Virus record (IMG/VR): IMGVR_UViG_3300025073_000027
Location: 73,723 to 137,722 of that record
Strand: one strand, 5' to 3'
DNA length: 64,000 bases
Source: a virus
Part shown: one piece after another, positions 27,105 through 37,035 of the stretch
Position numbering within the stretch: position 1 is the first letter of the stretch
Layout of the letters: every line of letters starts with the position of its first letter
Position numbers and translations under genes: made by a program
Notes under the pieces: model-generated
Seen by the model: the letters and a program-made list of their open reading frames with translations, nothing else
Told to the model about the DNA's origin: nothing
Databases searched by the model: none

Positions 27105-29710
27105 GACTTGGATAAAAATTCATGTTCCTTTTCTGTAATAAAATAAGTTTCCATCCACCAATCTATCTTATCAGGAACTTGTTCCCACTCACCATTCTCA
27201 TTCTTACGCATAGAATTTTTCTTTTTGAATGATTTACAGAGAAGAATATCACCTTCAGTAAAAGGATGAGAATCAAATATTTTTTTAGATACTTTTACAA
27301 CTTGGCAAGTGCCAGTCGATAAAGGATATAATTCTATTTTAGGAGTATATTTAGTATCAATTTTCTTTACAACAGCATATCTTTTATCTACATCAAACTT
27401 AGTTCGAATATTGCCAGCAACTTCTATCTCGTTATTTATTTGCTCAAAAATAGTAAAACTTTTTTCATCCTGAAAATCATACGATAAACGTAATTCTTCT
27501 AATCGTTTTACTTTAGATTTATCGGTTAATGTTTTCTTGTATCTATTCTTCCCATTAGTAAATTCTTCAAAAAACCAAAGTTGTTTTTTATTGCTACCAA
27601 ATTTATCAAAATAATTTATTTTTATCAAGTCTTTAAATTTACTAGAAATCAGAGAATTTTCTTCACAATATACAAGCAAGTCTAAGAAATCATTTCCAGT
27701 AAAATTTTTATTTATGTATGCTAAATTATCAATTAATTTACTAGGTATACTTTTAATACCTTTTAGAATAGAAACAACACCTTCAATTTCTGTTTCTCGT
27801 AACGCTTCTGGATCTACATAATCTTCTGGCTCATCTTCAAAACTAAATGGTTCAATATCTTGATTATTTTCAATGTCTGTAATGTATTTTTGGGCTTCTT
27901 CTTCATAAAAGGCATAATCAATATTATATTTTTCTATAGGTATGGAAGCATCATAATCATTTAATATTGTAGTTAGTTTGCCAACATATAAACCAATTTC
28001 TGTTCCATTAGACATTCTGCGTTTGATTAGTTTACCACCGTTGTTTGACACGAAAAATCTATTGTTTTTTTGAAGTTGAATAATATTATCATCTTTATGA
28101 AACTCTAAAATAAAATCTCCACCTGTCTTTTGAGATATACAGAAATCCAAAATATTGTCAGATTTCTTCAAAGTGTCAATAACGGAAATCTTATTTACAA
28201 AATAATCATACAACGCTTTAGGAACAATGGGATGACGAAATGCCCGTTTTAATTCAACAGTTTTTAAGTAACGTCCTTTTTCCTTAGTTTTACCATCTGG
28301 TTTAACCGTTATGTAGTTATTAACATCGCTTCTATAATATGCCAGATATTCAGTATCTTCAAGAACAAAACCTGTTTTCTTTTGCCACCATTCAGAAATT
28401 TCTTGACATTTATTTTCTAATTCTACTGGCAAATGTAATACTATACCGTCTGTATTTGTAGAAATAACTTCAATTCCTTCTACTACCAAGGCTTCTATTA
28501 ACATTAATAAATATAACTGTCCACTTACCGTTACAGATAATAATTGTTTTGGATCATAAAGCCAAAAAACATCACTGCCCAATTTTCCAAAAATGCTATT
28601 AATTGTGATCTTAAGACTATCGGCTTTAATTTTATCTCCGCTTTTCTTGGCTTTCAATCGTTCTTTAGTAATACGCTTAAGAATATTAACAAATTTAGGA
28701 TCGAGATGTTCAGAATAAAGATTATTGTTGATCATAATAGATGGGTAGTATGACGCTACATCTTTATCCATTATTTTTATCTTATCCGTAGATATAAAAT
28801 ATCCTGGTTTATCAACACTATGCAAACCACCTACTCCTAATTCATAAGTAACATTTGCAAACTTTACTGTCTTACTATATTTAAAATTATCTTCTTTGTG
28901 AACAACCTTTTCTTCAATTTCTCTTTTTATTCGTTTTAGACGATTAGTTTTAAATTCAATGTTCTTACCTAAACAATCACCAACACGAATACTATCTCTT
29001 TCTGTTCGCAAGTTACGCAATTCTTTAGAAGTTATTCCTGTTGCTTTGCAGTATATATGCTCTAAAATAACATCTGCCATCTTGGAATCACTTGCACTCA
29101 TTAAATCAACTTCATATTCTTCACTTAGTTTTTCACGTAATTCAAGTTGAGAAGATAAGGATTGAAGTAATTTTTGAGTAATAAGAACATCGTTCAAGTT
29201 ATAACTTAAAACCTTTTCGTATTCTTCTAGTTGAACATGGTGATCATAAGGTAAAGGTAAATCTTGTACTTTGTGCCAGAGAAGATTGATACTAATTTGT
29301 TTGAGGGACACGCCTAACTTATCAAAGGCCATGAGTTTCATCAAGTCAATTTGTTTGTACTTTACATTATTCGGTCTTTGATGATTACGTGTTTTTGTAT
29401 CAAATGCCATACGATTAGAATTAATAAGAGAGTTGGAAAAATTATATATTTCAGGATTTATTTCTTTTGGTTTTACATTTATATTTTGTTGATAATATTC
29501 AGTAATAAAATGTAAAATAGCACCATCAAAGAGAATGTTGTTAAAACCAATAAGTATCATTTCATGGTCTAAGAAATGATAGAGAGATTTAATATCGTTT
29601 CGCCCTGGCGCTATTACAAATACGTGTTGCTCTGATTCATTATCAGAATTTAAAAATGTACTTGAAAAAAAATTGGGAAATATTTCTACATCGTATGTAT
29701 ATCTGACCAT
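27101..29710 (-). CDS. DNA polymerase: family-B core with a DnaE-like C-terminal extension
   Basis: Exo I 'YDVE', Exo II 'GFN...FD', Exo III 'YNLNDV'; PolB motifs 'DVASYYPS', 'KITINSIFG', 'NTDG'; extra ~230-aa C-terminus. Confidence 0.85.
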   Translation of the reverse strand: MVRYTYDVEIFPNFFSSTFLNSDNESEQHVFVIAPGRNDIKSLYHFLDHEMILIGFNNILFDGAILHFITEYYQQNINVKPKEINPEIYNFSNSLINSNRMAFDTKTRNHQRPNNVKYKQIDLMKLMAFDKLGVSLKQISINLLWHKVQDLPLPYDHHVQLEEYEKVLSYNLNDVLITQKLLQSLSSQLELREKLSEEYEVDLMSASDSKMADVILEHIYCKATGITSKELRNLRTERDSIRVGDCLGKNIEFKTNRLKRIKREIEEKVVHKEDNFKYSKTVKFANVTYELGVGGLHSVDKPGYFISTDKIKIMDKDVASYYPSIMINNNLYSEHLDPKFVNILKRITKERLKAKKSGDKIKADSLKITINSIFGKLGSDVFWLYDPKQLLSVTVSGQLYLLMLIEALVVEGIEVISTNTDGIVLHLPVELENKCQEISEWWQKKTGFVLEDTEYLAYYRSDVNNYITVKPDGKTKEKGRYLKTVELKRAFRHPIVPKALYDYFVNKISVIDTLKKSDNILDFCISQKTGGDFILEFHKDDNIIQLQKNNRFFVSNNGGKLIKRRMSNGTEIGLYVGKLTTILNDYDASIPIEKYNIDYAFYEEEAQKYITDIENNQDIEPFSFEDEPEDYVDPEALRETEIEGVVSILKGIKSIPSKLIDNLAYINKNFTGNDFLDLLVYCEENSLISSKFKDLIKINYFDKFGSNKKQLWFFEEFTNGKNRYKKTLTDKSKVKRLEELRLSYDFQDEKSFTIFEQINNEIEVAGNIRTKFDVDKRYAVVKKIDTKYTPKIELYPLSTGTCQVVKVSKKIFDSHPFTEGDILLCKSFKKKNSMRKNENGEWEQVPDKIDWWMETYFITEKEHEFLSKS

Positions 29711-29720
29711 TATTATCCTT

Positions 29721-31430
29721 TTATTTATTTATGATGTAATCTGAAACAACCAATTGTGGACTAGAAATTTGATTAAAATTATTTATGCCACATCTTCCAA
29801 CAATTGTAACACAAATCTCCGTACCACCCCAATCTTCATTAATTAATCGTAAAATTTCATCATCCTCTTTGCATTTAAAGCGAATTATTGAAACATCATC
29901 ATTTAGCATAAACTTCCATGTATCTTTATTAGCACCCATAATTTCAATGTCTTTAGTGTTCATTTTGATGTTTTCTACAGCTACTAGACATTCTCCAATG
30001 TTCTGCCCATAATAATCTTTTAATTCATTTACCTGTAATACAAAATCATAAGTTAATTCTTCTGGTGAAAGAATAAAATCTACATGATAAACTTTATCGA
30101 AATCAACATCAATAAGCATTTCATTGGTTTTAGCAATAACATCTTTGATATTTTCTTTTTTGATTTCACAGCCAAATGCAGAATTATGTCCAGCGGCAAA
30201 ACTAACCAAACCTGTACTCAACATAAAATCTTTTAGATTGTCAATCGCTGAATTGTCATAGTTTCTGCCACTACCATTAAGAAAACCTTTTTTCCAATCC
30301 AGTTCACGTACTAAAATACAAGGTTTAGAATATTGTGAAGCAAGTTTCATAGCAACTAAACCAATATAACTACCGTCTAAATTATCAGCATTAGCAAATA
30401 AAATTTTGTTTTCATTCCATTTATATTTCTCAATGTTCTGATTTATAGACTCTAATACCTTATCCACTTCCCTATTCTGCTTTGCTTTACAATTTACGCA
30501 CAATCTGGCAACTCTAGTATAAATATCTTCTTTGACTAGTTCTGTTTCACCACGTTTCTTATAATCAAATTCTTCATACATTTGAGAAAACGCTTTAAAC
30601 ATCATTTCTTTTTCTTCCTGAGTAGAAGAACGAATCAATCCGTTGATTAATGGAATAATATAAAACATCACATTAATAATATTTACTACACCACCAATAG
30701 AATAATCTTGCTTTTGAATTAGTGCTTGAAATAGAGGATTTTGAATATTGCTTAATCCCTTATCCACTAGTCTTTTGTTTTCATAGGGGCGAAGATCCAT
30801 ACTATCAGCAATAATAGATAATGCAACTAAATCCAAATACTTATCTGCTCTATTTTCCCATAACTCATCGTCCAATGCCTGCAAATACTTATATACTACA
30901 GCACCACCAGATAGTTCATTATTCGGATAATTGTCAAGTTGAGGATTAACAATAACAGCATAAGGGTTATCTATTTCTCTTTGGTGGTGATCTAAAATAA
31001 TAACATCAATACCTCTTTCTCGTAGTGCCTTACATTGATTAACATCATTAGTTCCAGCATCCGGTACAAAAAGAAGTTTAATATTATTTGGTATTTTTAT
31101 CTCAGAACTAAGGCCATGTTGTTTTTTGGTATGAATATAATATTCAATATGTCCTTCAGGATAAATTTCTTTCAAATATTGATATAAAATACTAGCAGAA
31201 CATTGTCCATCAGCATCGGAATCTACAACAATACCAATATCACTTAAAAGTTCAATGTGTTTTAAAAGTAAACTTACCGCTTCTTGAATGTTCGCCAATG
31301 ACGAAAAAGAATGTAAGCAAGAGTCGTCCAACGTGAGATATTTTTTAGCATCTATTCCTCGATTATTTAATATTATCTCTTTGGGAGAATTTTTGTTTAA
31401 ATTATAATCATTAACTAATTTATATTTCAT
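29721..31430 (-). CDS. recJ: RecJ-like DHH single-stranded DNA exonuclease
   Basis: 'DSDADG', 'HGL', 'DAG', 'LDHH', 'GSGR', 'GH..AFG'. Confidence 0.9.
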   Translation of the reverse strand: MKYKLVNDYNLNKNSPKEIILNNRGIDAKKYLTLDDSCLHSFSSLANIQEAVSLLLKHIELLSDIGIVVDSDADGQCSASILYQYLKEIYPEGHIEYYIHTKKQHGLSSEIKIPNNIKLLFVPDAGTNDVNQCKALRERGIDVIILDHHQREIDNPYAVIVNPQLDNYPNNELSGGAVVYKYLQALDDELWENRADKYLDLVALSIIADSMDLRPYENKRLVDKGLSNIQNPLFQALIQKQDYSIGGVVNIINVMFYIIPLINGLIRSSTQEEKEMMFKAFSQMYEEFDYKKRGETELVKEDIYTRVARLCVNCKAKQNREVDKVLESINQNIEKYKWNENKILFANADNLDGSYIGLVAMKLASQYSKPCILVRELDWKKGFLNGSGRNYDNSAIDNLKDFMLSTGLVSFAAGHNSAFGCEIKKENIKDVIAKTNEMLIDVDFDKVYHVDFILSPEELTYDFVLQVNELKDYYGQNIGECLVAVENIKMNTKDIEIMGANKDTWKFMLNDDVSIIRFKCKEDDEILRLINEDWGGTEICVTIVGRCGINNFNQISSPQLVVSDYIINK

Positions 31431-32378
31431 TTATAATCCTTTATTATTTATATTTATATATGCCTTTTTTAACCATTCTATAAATAAATTTTGAGGCATA
31501 TTATTTTTTGATTTATTACATATTTTACAGCACGAAACTACATTATTTTCAATATATCCCTTATTTGAATCAATTCTGTCTATCCCATTATAATTAAAAA
31601 TTTCACCTGTTTTATTAATCAATATATTACTTGCTATTTCTCCACAATAATAACAATTTCCGCGTACTAATTCGGTAAAATATTCCCTTGACAAATTAAA
31701 TTCTATATTTTTATTTTTAGCCCTTTGTTTATAGTTTTTAATAATTCTATTTATAAGTACATAATCTCTATCTTTATTAATTTTATTAATATTTAATTTA
31801 TCAAAAGAAAGACATCCGCAAGATTGAGTATTACCACTACGTAAACTACCATGTTGTACAATAATTTTATTTCCGCAATCACATATACATTCCCAATAAG
31901 TTTTTTTCTTATTTTCGTATTTAATTTGTCGAAGAACTAATAGACGATTAAATTTTATGCCAGTTAAATCTACAAAACAAGCTTCTCTCAATTTTTCGAT
32001 TCTAAGGCAACCACACGATTGAGTTGTTCCATTTTTTAAATTACTACCTATAACAACCGCGTTTTTTCCACAATCACATAAACAATTCCAATAACTATGT
32101 TTTCTATTCATATACGCAAAAGATAAAACCAATAATCTTCCAAATTTCTGTCCATTTAATTTTAAAACACTATTTCCCTTATTTCCTTCTTTTAATAAAC
32201 AACCGCAAGATTTTACTCTACCCGATTTTAAATCACTTGTTTTTAAAATTTTTTCATTTCCACAATCACATACACATAACCAAAATGCACCGGATTTTTG
32301 ATTTTTCGGTTTCTCAACTCGTTTTACAACAGTTAATTTATTAAATTTTTGTCCAATTAAATCTTTAGTTTTATTCAA
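31431..32378 (-). CDS. HNH homing endonuclease with three CxCDCG repeats
   Basis: 3x 'G.KF..L.V...W.C.CDCG....L..G...SCGC'; C-terminal 'CYYC..GIDRIDS.KGY...NVV.CC..CN..K'. Confidence 0.8.
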   Translation of the reverse strand: MNKTKDLIGQKFNKLTVVKRVEKPKNQKSGAFWLCVCDCGNEKILKTSDLKSGRVKSCGCLLKEGNKGNSVLKLNGQKFGRLLVLSFAYMNRKHSYWNCLCDCGKNAVVIGSNLKNGTTQSCGCLRIEKLREACFVDLTGIKFNRLLVLRQIKYENKKKTYWECICDCGNKIIVQHGSLRSGNTQSCGCLSFDKLNINKINKDRDYVLINRIIKNYKQRAKNKNIEFNLSREYFTELVRGNCYYCGEIASNILINKTGEIFNYNGIDRIDSNKGYIENNVVSCCKICNKSKNNMPQNLFIEWLKKAYININNKGL

Positions 32379-32402
32379 TGTATTTATCTCTTATAATTTA
32401 TA

Positions 32403-33304
32403 ATAAAATAGTCCTTTTATTGGTTTTTTACCCCCTATATATAGGGATCAATTGTTTATATCTCCCATATATGGGGTGTGATTTACGATAAAACTTTCTT
32501 TTTATTATATTTTTTCTAGTCGTTCTTCCGCTATTTCACAATAATATTTGTTATTATCAATTCCTATATAATTTCGATTTAATTTTTTTGCACAATAAGC
32601 AGTAGTACCAGATCCCAAAAAACAATCCAACACTATATCATTTTTAGTTGTATGAGCGAGAATTATTCGTTCAATTGCTTTTTCTGGTTTTGGAGTAAAA
32701 TGATTTTTATCTTTCTTAATAATATCTTTTATTCCTGTAAGACCAGATAAAGTTTCCTCTTTTATATCAGTCCACACATTTGTTAGTCTTTTATATTCTT
32801 TTTTTAATCTCTTAATCCAGGCATCATCATATTTTTCTGTAGAATATTGACATTCTGTATTCCAAATAAACTTTTTATTATCTTTTACAAACCACAAAAC
32901 TTCTTCTCTGGTGTAAAGCCACCCCTTTCTCATTCCCATTCCACGTTGTTTTTTCCATGTAATCCAATCTTTAAAATACCATCCAGTATTTTTGAATATC
33001 AAAAACCAATTAATTATAGTTTGAGATTTTTCACCAATACCGCCCCAACAATAAAAATTTCCAGTTGATTTCAATACCCGAAATAATTCTTTGGATAATT
33101 GAGGGGAAACAACATCTTTTTTGTCCCATTGTTCTTTTGTAACTATGTATGGAGGATCAATAATTATTAAATCTACAGAATTATCTTCTATTAAATTTAA
33201 TCCTTGAACACAGTCCATATTATATATTTTATTTATTTCAAGCATTTTATCCTTTATATATTATTCTTATTTATTATAAAAACCCAATAAAAACTATTTT
33301 TTAT
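32403..33304. repeat. Three ATAAAA-N6-TTTTAT sites inside the replication module
   Basis: Exact sites at 32403, 32488 and 33287, bracketing a 67-bp non-coding unit and the methyltransferase gene. Confidence 0.85.
32505..33245 (-). CDS. DNA methyltransferase (N6A/N4C, beta class)
   Basis: 'DPPY' followed by 'H.TPKP' and 'DCFLGSGTT'. Confidence 0.9.
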   Translation of the reverse strand: MLEINKIYNMDCVQGLNLIEDNSVDLIIIDPPYIVTKEQWDKKDVVSPQLSKELFRVLKSTGNFYCWGGIGEKSQTIINWFLIFKNTGWYFKDWITWKKQRGMGMRKGWLYTREEVLWFVKDNKKFIWNTECQYSTEKYDDAWIKRLKKEYKRLTNVWTDIKEETLSGLTGIKDIIKKDKNHFTPKPEKAIERIILAHTTKNDIVLDCFLGSGTTAYCAKKLNRNYIGIDNNKYYCEIAEERLEKI

Positions 33305-33732
33305 TATAAATTTCTCCAATACTCACGAATTCTTTCCATTAGTTCAGGAGAATATACTTCTAATCCAACCAATTCTCTTAATTTATTTATTAATGGAAAA
33401 TTCTCTGATTGCCAATAATCATCAATACCTTCTTCTAAAATAATTTTTAGATCATTTGAATTTATGATTTTATATTTATTTACCTGCGATATTGTAAATT
33501 GACCACCACAACCACATAAGGGACAATCTTGATCGTGCAATTCATCAACCATAATAACCAATGATCCACACTTATCACAATTCCATGCACTTTGAACATA
33601 ATGATCATTTATTTTTCTATTTAACACGCGTATTCCTACTAATGGTTGACAACAATTATTAGGACATTCTTCATCATTTCTATCTAATGGAATTGATTCC
33701 CAAAATTTATCAAAATCTATTTTATTTTCCAT
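33304..33732 (-). CDS. Zinc-finger hypothetical protein
   Basis: Several CxxC motifs; C-terminal part resembles 24120-24305 ('IN..R...GL'). Confidence 0.55.
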   Translation of the reverse strand: MENKIDFDKFWESIPLDRNDEECPNNCCQPLVGIRVLNRKINDHYVQSAWNCDKCGSLVIMVDELHDQDCPLCGCGGQFTISQVNKYKIINSNDLKIILEEGIDDYWQSENFPLINKLRELVGLEVYSPELMERIREYWRNL

Positions 33733-33744
33733 ATTGTGTTCCTA

Positions 33745-34758
33745 TTATTTAATTCTATATATATTGTCCTTTGCCAATTTTTCAAATTTTTGGCAATTAT
33801 CGGAAGGTGATTCCTTTTCTCCCAAAATATTATCTCTATCGAACATTGCCCAAATTTCTATTCCATCTATAAATTGATTTGCCATATGTTGTACCTTTTC
33901 TTCACTCACATCTTTATCAAAAGCGATACAGATAGGAACAGCTAATCTACTTAATTTCTCTATTTGGGTTTTAGATACCTTTTCACCACCAGTAGCAACA
34001 GCGTTTTTGTAACCATAACTCCATAGTTGTAAAACACCTTTTTCTGCTTCTGTGACCCATGCCCAATTCTTTTCTTTTATATAAGGATATGTAAGATGAT
34101 ATCCATAGAGTATTTTTTGTCTTGGACAAGGCTCGATATAGAGGTACTTTAAATCATCTTCATCAAGTTTATCTTTGAATAGCCTTCCCTTTACTCCACA
34201 TAAAATGCTGGTTTCATCACGTATTGGAATAGTTATTCTATTTGTAAAACTATCATATCCAATTTCAAAAATTTTCTGAGTCTCATAACTTATACCATCT
34301 CGTAGAAACATATCATTGACGCAAGGGGTTTGATAATATGTAAGAATGTTTTCTGAAATAGGTTTTATTGGTATATCTTCTTCATGACAATTGCCAGAAT
34401 TCATTGCCTTTAATTCTTTAGTTATTCGAAGAGATTCAGGTAAATTAGCATCTACCAAATAAGGATTTATTTCAAATAACTCACAAATATATTTAAGTGC
34501 TTGAAAGAAATTTAGTTCTTTATAAAATTGTACTAACGTAAATATATCACTTGGAATAGATAAATCTCTTGTATAATTTATTACATTTAAATTCGGAGCA
34601 TATATAGTAATTGCTTGTTTATTATCGGCAGGAGGTGGATTACCCGCTGTCCAATATCCAGAAGAATGCCATTTTATATGCTGACATCCAATATGTTCAA
34701 GTAAAGTTTCTACTTTTTGATTATTGTATAAATATTCCTTAATCTCTTGAGCATTCAT
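33745..34758 (-). CDS. DNA primase (TOPRIM; SPbeta YorJ-like)
   Basis: 'RITIPIRD', 'KY.Y', 'LYG', 'EAEK', 'FDKD'. Confidence 0.85.
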   Translation of the reverse strand: MNAQEIKEYLYNNQKVETLLEHIGCQHIKWHSSGYWTAGNPPPADNKQAITIYAPNLNVINYTRDLSIPSDIFTLVQFYKELNFFQALKYICELFEINPYLVDANLPESLRITKELKAMNSGNCHEEDIPIKPISENILTYYQTPCVNDMFLRDGISYETQKIFEIGYDSFTNRITIPIRDETSILCGVKGRLFKDKLDEDDLKYLYIEPCPRQKILYGYHLTYPYIKEKNWAWVTEAEKGVLQLWSYGYKNAVATGGEKVSKTQIEKLSRLAVPICIAFDKDVSEEKVQHMANQFIDGIEIWAMFDRDNILGEKESPSDNCQKFEKLAKDNIYRIK

Positions 34759-34764
34759 TCATTA

Positions 34765-36294
34765 TTATTTTTTAAATACCTCTCCTAATTCTATCCATTT
34801 ATTTAAATCAAGATCCACGCTAAAGACCAGTTTCTTTCTAGCACCAGCTCTATTTTTTTGTACAACTGCAATATAATGTTTTTTATTTAAATCAAAACTA
34901 CGCTCTTTTGCTTTACCCCAATCTTCATCAGGATTGCTTTCAAAATAATAATATTTGCAATAATCTTCTTTATCAACTTCTTTAAACATAATCATTTGAT
35001 CAAGTATATGAACTGTATGTTTAGCAGAAGCTATATTTGAAGAATTTAATTCCATCGGTGGAGTAAAATTGGAATCATCACTAAGTTGTTGAGAACAATA
35101 TAACCATATATCTAATTCTGATACCAATTCTCTTAATTTAGTTGTAACTTCTTTAAGTGCCGCCCAATTACCAATATCACTAATTGGATTTTTTAAAGTA
35201 TCATAAAACATATAAGAAACAGAGTAAATCATTTTCATTTTACGCATTTGATGTTCTAAGTTTACAAAACTATAATCTGTAGAAACATCCATTACATAAA
35301 TAAGTCCATCTGATTCTTTTTCAATCCAATTAGCAACTTCCATTATTTGATTATATTCAACAGATTTCTTTTTTAATTTTCCAATAAATATATCAATAGA
35401 TTCAACAAAATTACCATCATCATCTCGTTCACGATATATAAATTCACCATTATTGTCTTTATATAATCCCAATGCTATTTCACGCTCTTTTTTATGCATT
35501 TTATAACCATGTATTTGTTGAAATTCGGGATTATTAAGACAAGTTATTAATAATGCCAATTTCATATCTTGTAAACTCATTTCATTTAACATTACAAATA
35601 CTTTTTGCTTTTGAACCAATGCCAGATAAGCTATTGCTTTAAACATTAATCTTGATTTTCCAAAATTGGAAAGCATGGCAATTGACATCATTGTTTTAGT
35701 TCTAATTCCACGAAATAAATCATTTAAGATAGGAAACGGAAATGTAACGCCCATGTCGGGAACTTCTAAACAATCAGTAATAATATTACTCATGCCTTCA
35801 TTCAATACTTTTGCTTCATTATTAGTTAAAATTACTGTATGAATTTTATCGGCTTTGCTACGAATTAATTTATAAATATCTAATGCACCAAATAAATTAA
35901 ATTTAGGATGATCTATTATTTTTTGAACATTAAAACCGTTTCTTCCATATTCCCTCAATAATGAATATTTTTTTAAAACTTCAAAATATAATTTAAAGTC
36001 ATCCGTTTGTGCTAAATTCATCCATGCATCAATTGTGTCCCAACCACCGTATTTTCTATATATTGTTAATCTTTCACTATCTTCTGACATAAAAAGATTT
36101 ATAGAACTTTGATTAAAATTCTGTGTTCTTTTCTTGAAAATTATTTCACCGTTATCATATAAGAATTTGCATACTTCATCTTGAAAATCATATTTTGACT
36201 TAATGAACTTACTATATTCTATAAACAAACTAGGTTCTTTAAAAAAACAACCAATTAATAATATTTCATTCTGTACATTGGCAATTGCTTCCAT
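34765..36294 (-). CDS. Replicative DnaB-like helicase (YorI-like)
   Basis: Walker A variant 'SNFGKS', 'NEM', 'YD.LK', 'QQL', 'KNR.G'. Confidence 0.8.
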   Translation of the reverse strand: MEAIANVQNEILLIGCFFKEPSLFIEYSKFIKSKYDFQDEVCKFLYDNGEIIFKKRTQNFNQSSINLFMSEDSERLTIYRKYGGWDTIDAWMNLAQTDDFKLYFEVLKKYSLLREYGRNGFNVQKIIDHPKFNLFGALDIYKLIRSKADKIHTVILTNNEAKVLNEGMSNIITDCLEVPDMGVTFPFPILNDLFRGIRTKTMMSIAMLSNFGKSRLMFKAIAYLALVQKQKVFVMLNEMSLQDMKLALLITCLNNPEFQQIHGYKMHKKEREIALGLYKDNNGEFIYRERDDDGNFVESIDIFIGKLKKKSVEYNQIMEVANWIEKESDGLIYVMDVSTDYSFVNLEHQMRKMKMIYSVSYMFYDTLKNPISDIGNWAALKEVTTKLRELVSELDIWLYCSQQLSDDSNFTPPMELNSSNIASAKHTVHILDQMIMFKEVDKEDYCKYYYFESNPDEDWGKAKERSFDLNKKHYIAVVQKNRAGARKKLVFSVDLDLNKWIELGEVFKK

Positions 36295-36303
36295 ATACCT
36301 CCA

Positions 36304-36948
36304 TTAAACTTCATCAATAAGTTCATTTAATTCAAAACTATTATTGGTTTTACTTTTAACTTTTGAATTAATATTATCGTAATTAATTTTATTTCGATTT
36401 TCTAATTGTAATTCTTTTATTTTTTGTTCAGTTATCTTTTGATTTTCTTTCCATGAATAATAACTAGTTGTTTTTGCTAATATTACTGCTAAATCATAAA
36501 GTAATCTACCAATAGAATCCATGCTTTTACCTTTTTTAACATTCCAACCATAAAGATCATTTAAATCACTCCATTTTCTTTTCCACATATCTAATAAATC
36601 TTCAGCCGGAATAGATCTATCCATACCTTTATAATCACCTTTAAATACACTTTCCAAACGTGTAAAAATATAAGAAGGCATAACAATTATTTCATATTTT
36701 TTTCGCAACCAAGTATAAAGATGATTTTTTGCTATAATATCATTTACAACATCTTTGCTTTGATCTTTCAATTCTCTCGCAATCCTTCTCGCCTCCCCTA
36801 TTTCTAAAGGATTACGCTTTTTATTCACCAAACTACTTACATAACAATCAAAATGATAATATTTATTCTTGTAAAGAACAAAATTATATTCTTCAAGAAC
36901 CACATTGGTTTTACATTCATTGCAAATCCTAGTTGTTTGTATAATCAT
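36304..36948 (-). CDS. Zinc-finger replication protein (YorH-like position)
   Basis: CxxC...HxxC N-terminus; immediately upstream of the helicase. Confidence 0.55.
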   Translation of the reverse strand: MIIQTTRICNECKTNVVLEEYNFVLYKNKYYHFDCYVSSLVNKKRNPLEIGEARRIARELKDQSKDVVNDIIAKNHLYTWLRKKYEIIVMPSYIFTRLESVFKGDYKGMDRSIPAEDLLDMWKRKWSDLNDLYGWNVKKGKSMDSIGRLLYDLAVILAKTTSYYSWKENQKITEQKIKELQLENRNKINYDNINSKVKSKTNNSFELNELIDEV

Positions 36949-36969
36949 TTTGCAAATTTCCTTTATTAT

Positions 36970-37010
36970 AAATATGAGCAGGAAAGAATAAATCGTTCCT
37001 GCTCATATTT
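36970..37010. terminator. Stem-loop between the AAA ATPase and the next gene
   Basis: AAATATGAGCAGGAA...TTCCTGCTCATATTT, 15-bp perfect stem. Confidence 0.6.
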
Positions 37011-37035
37011 TCACCATAACATCATTATTCTTTTA

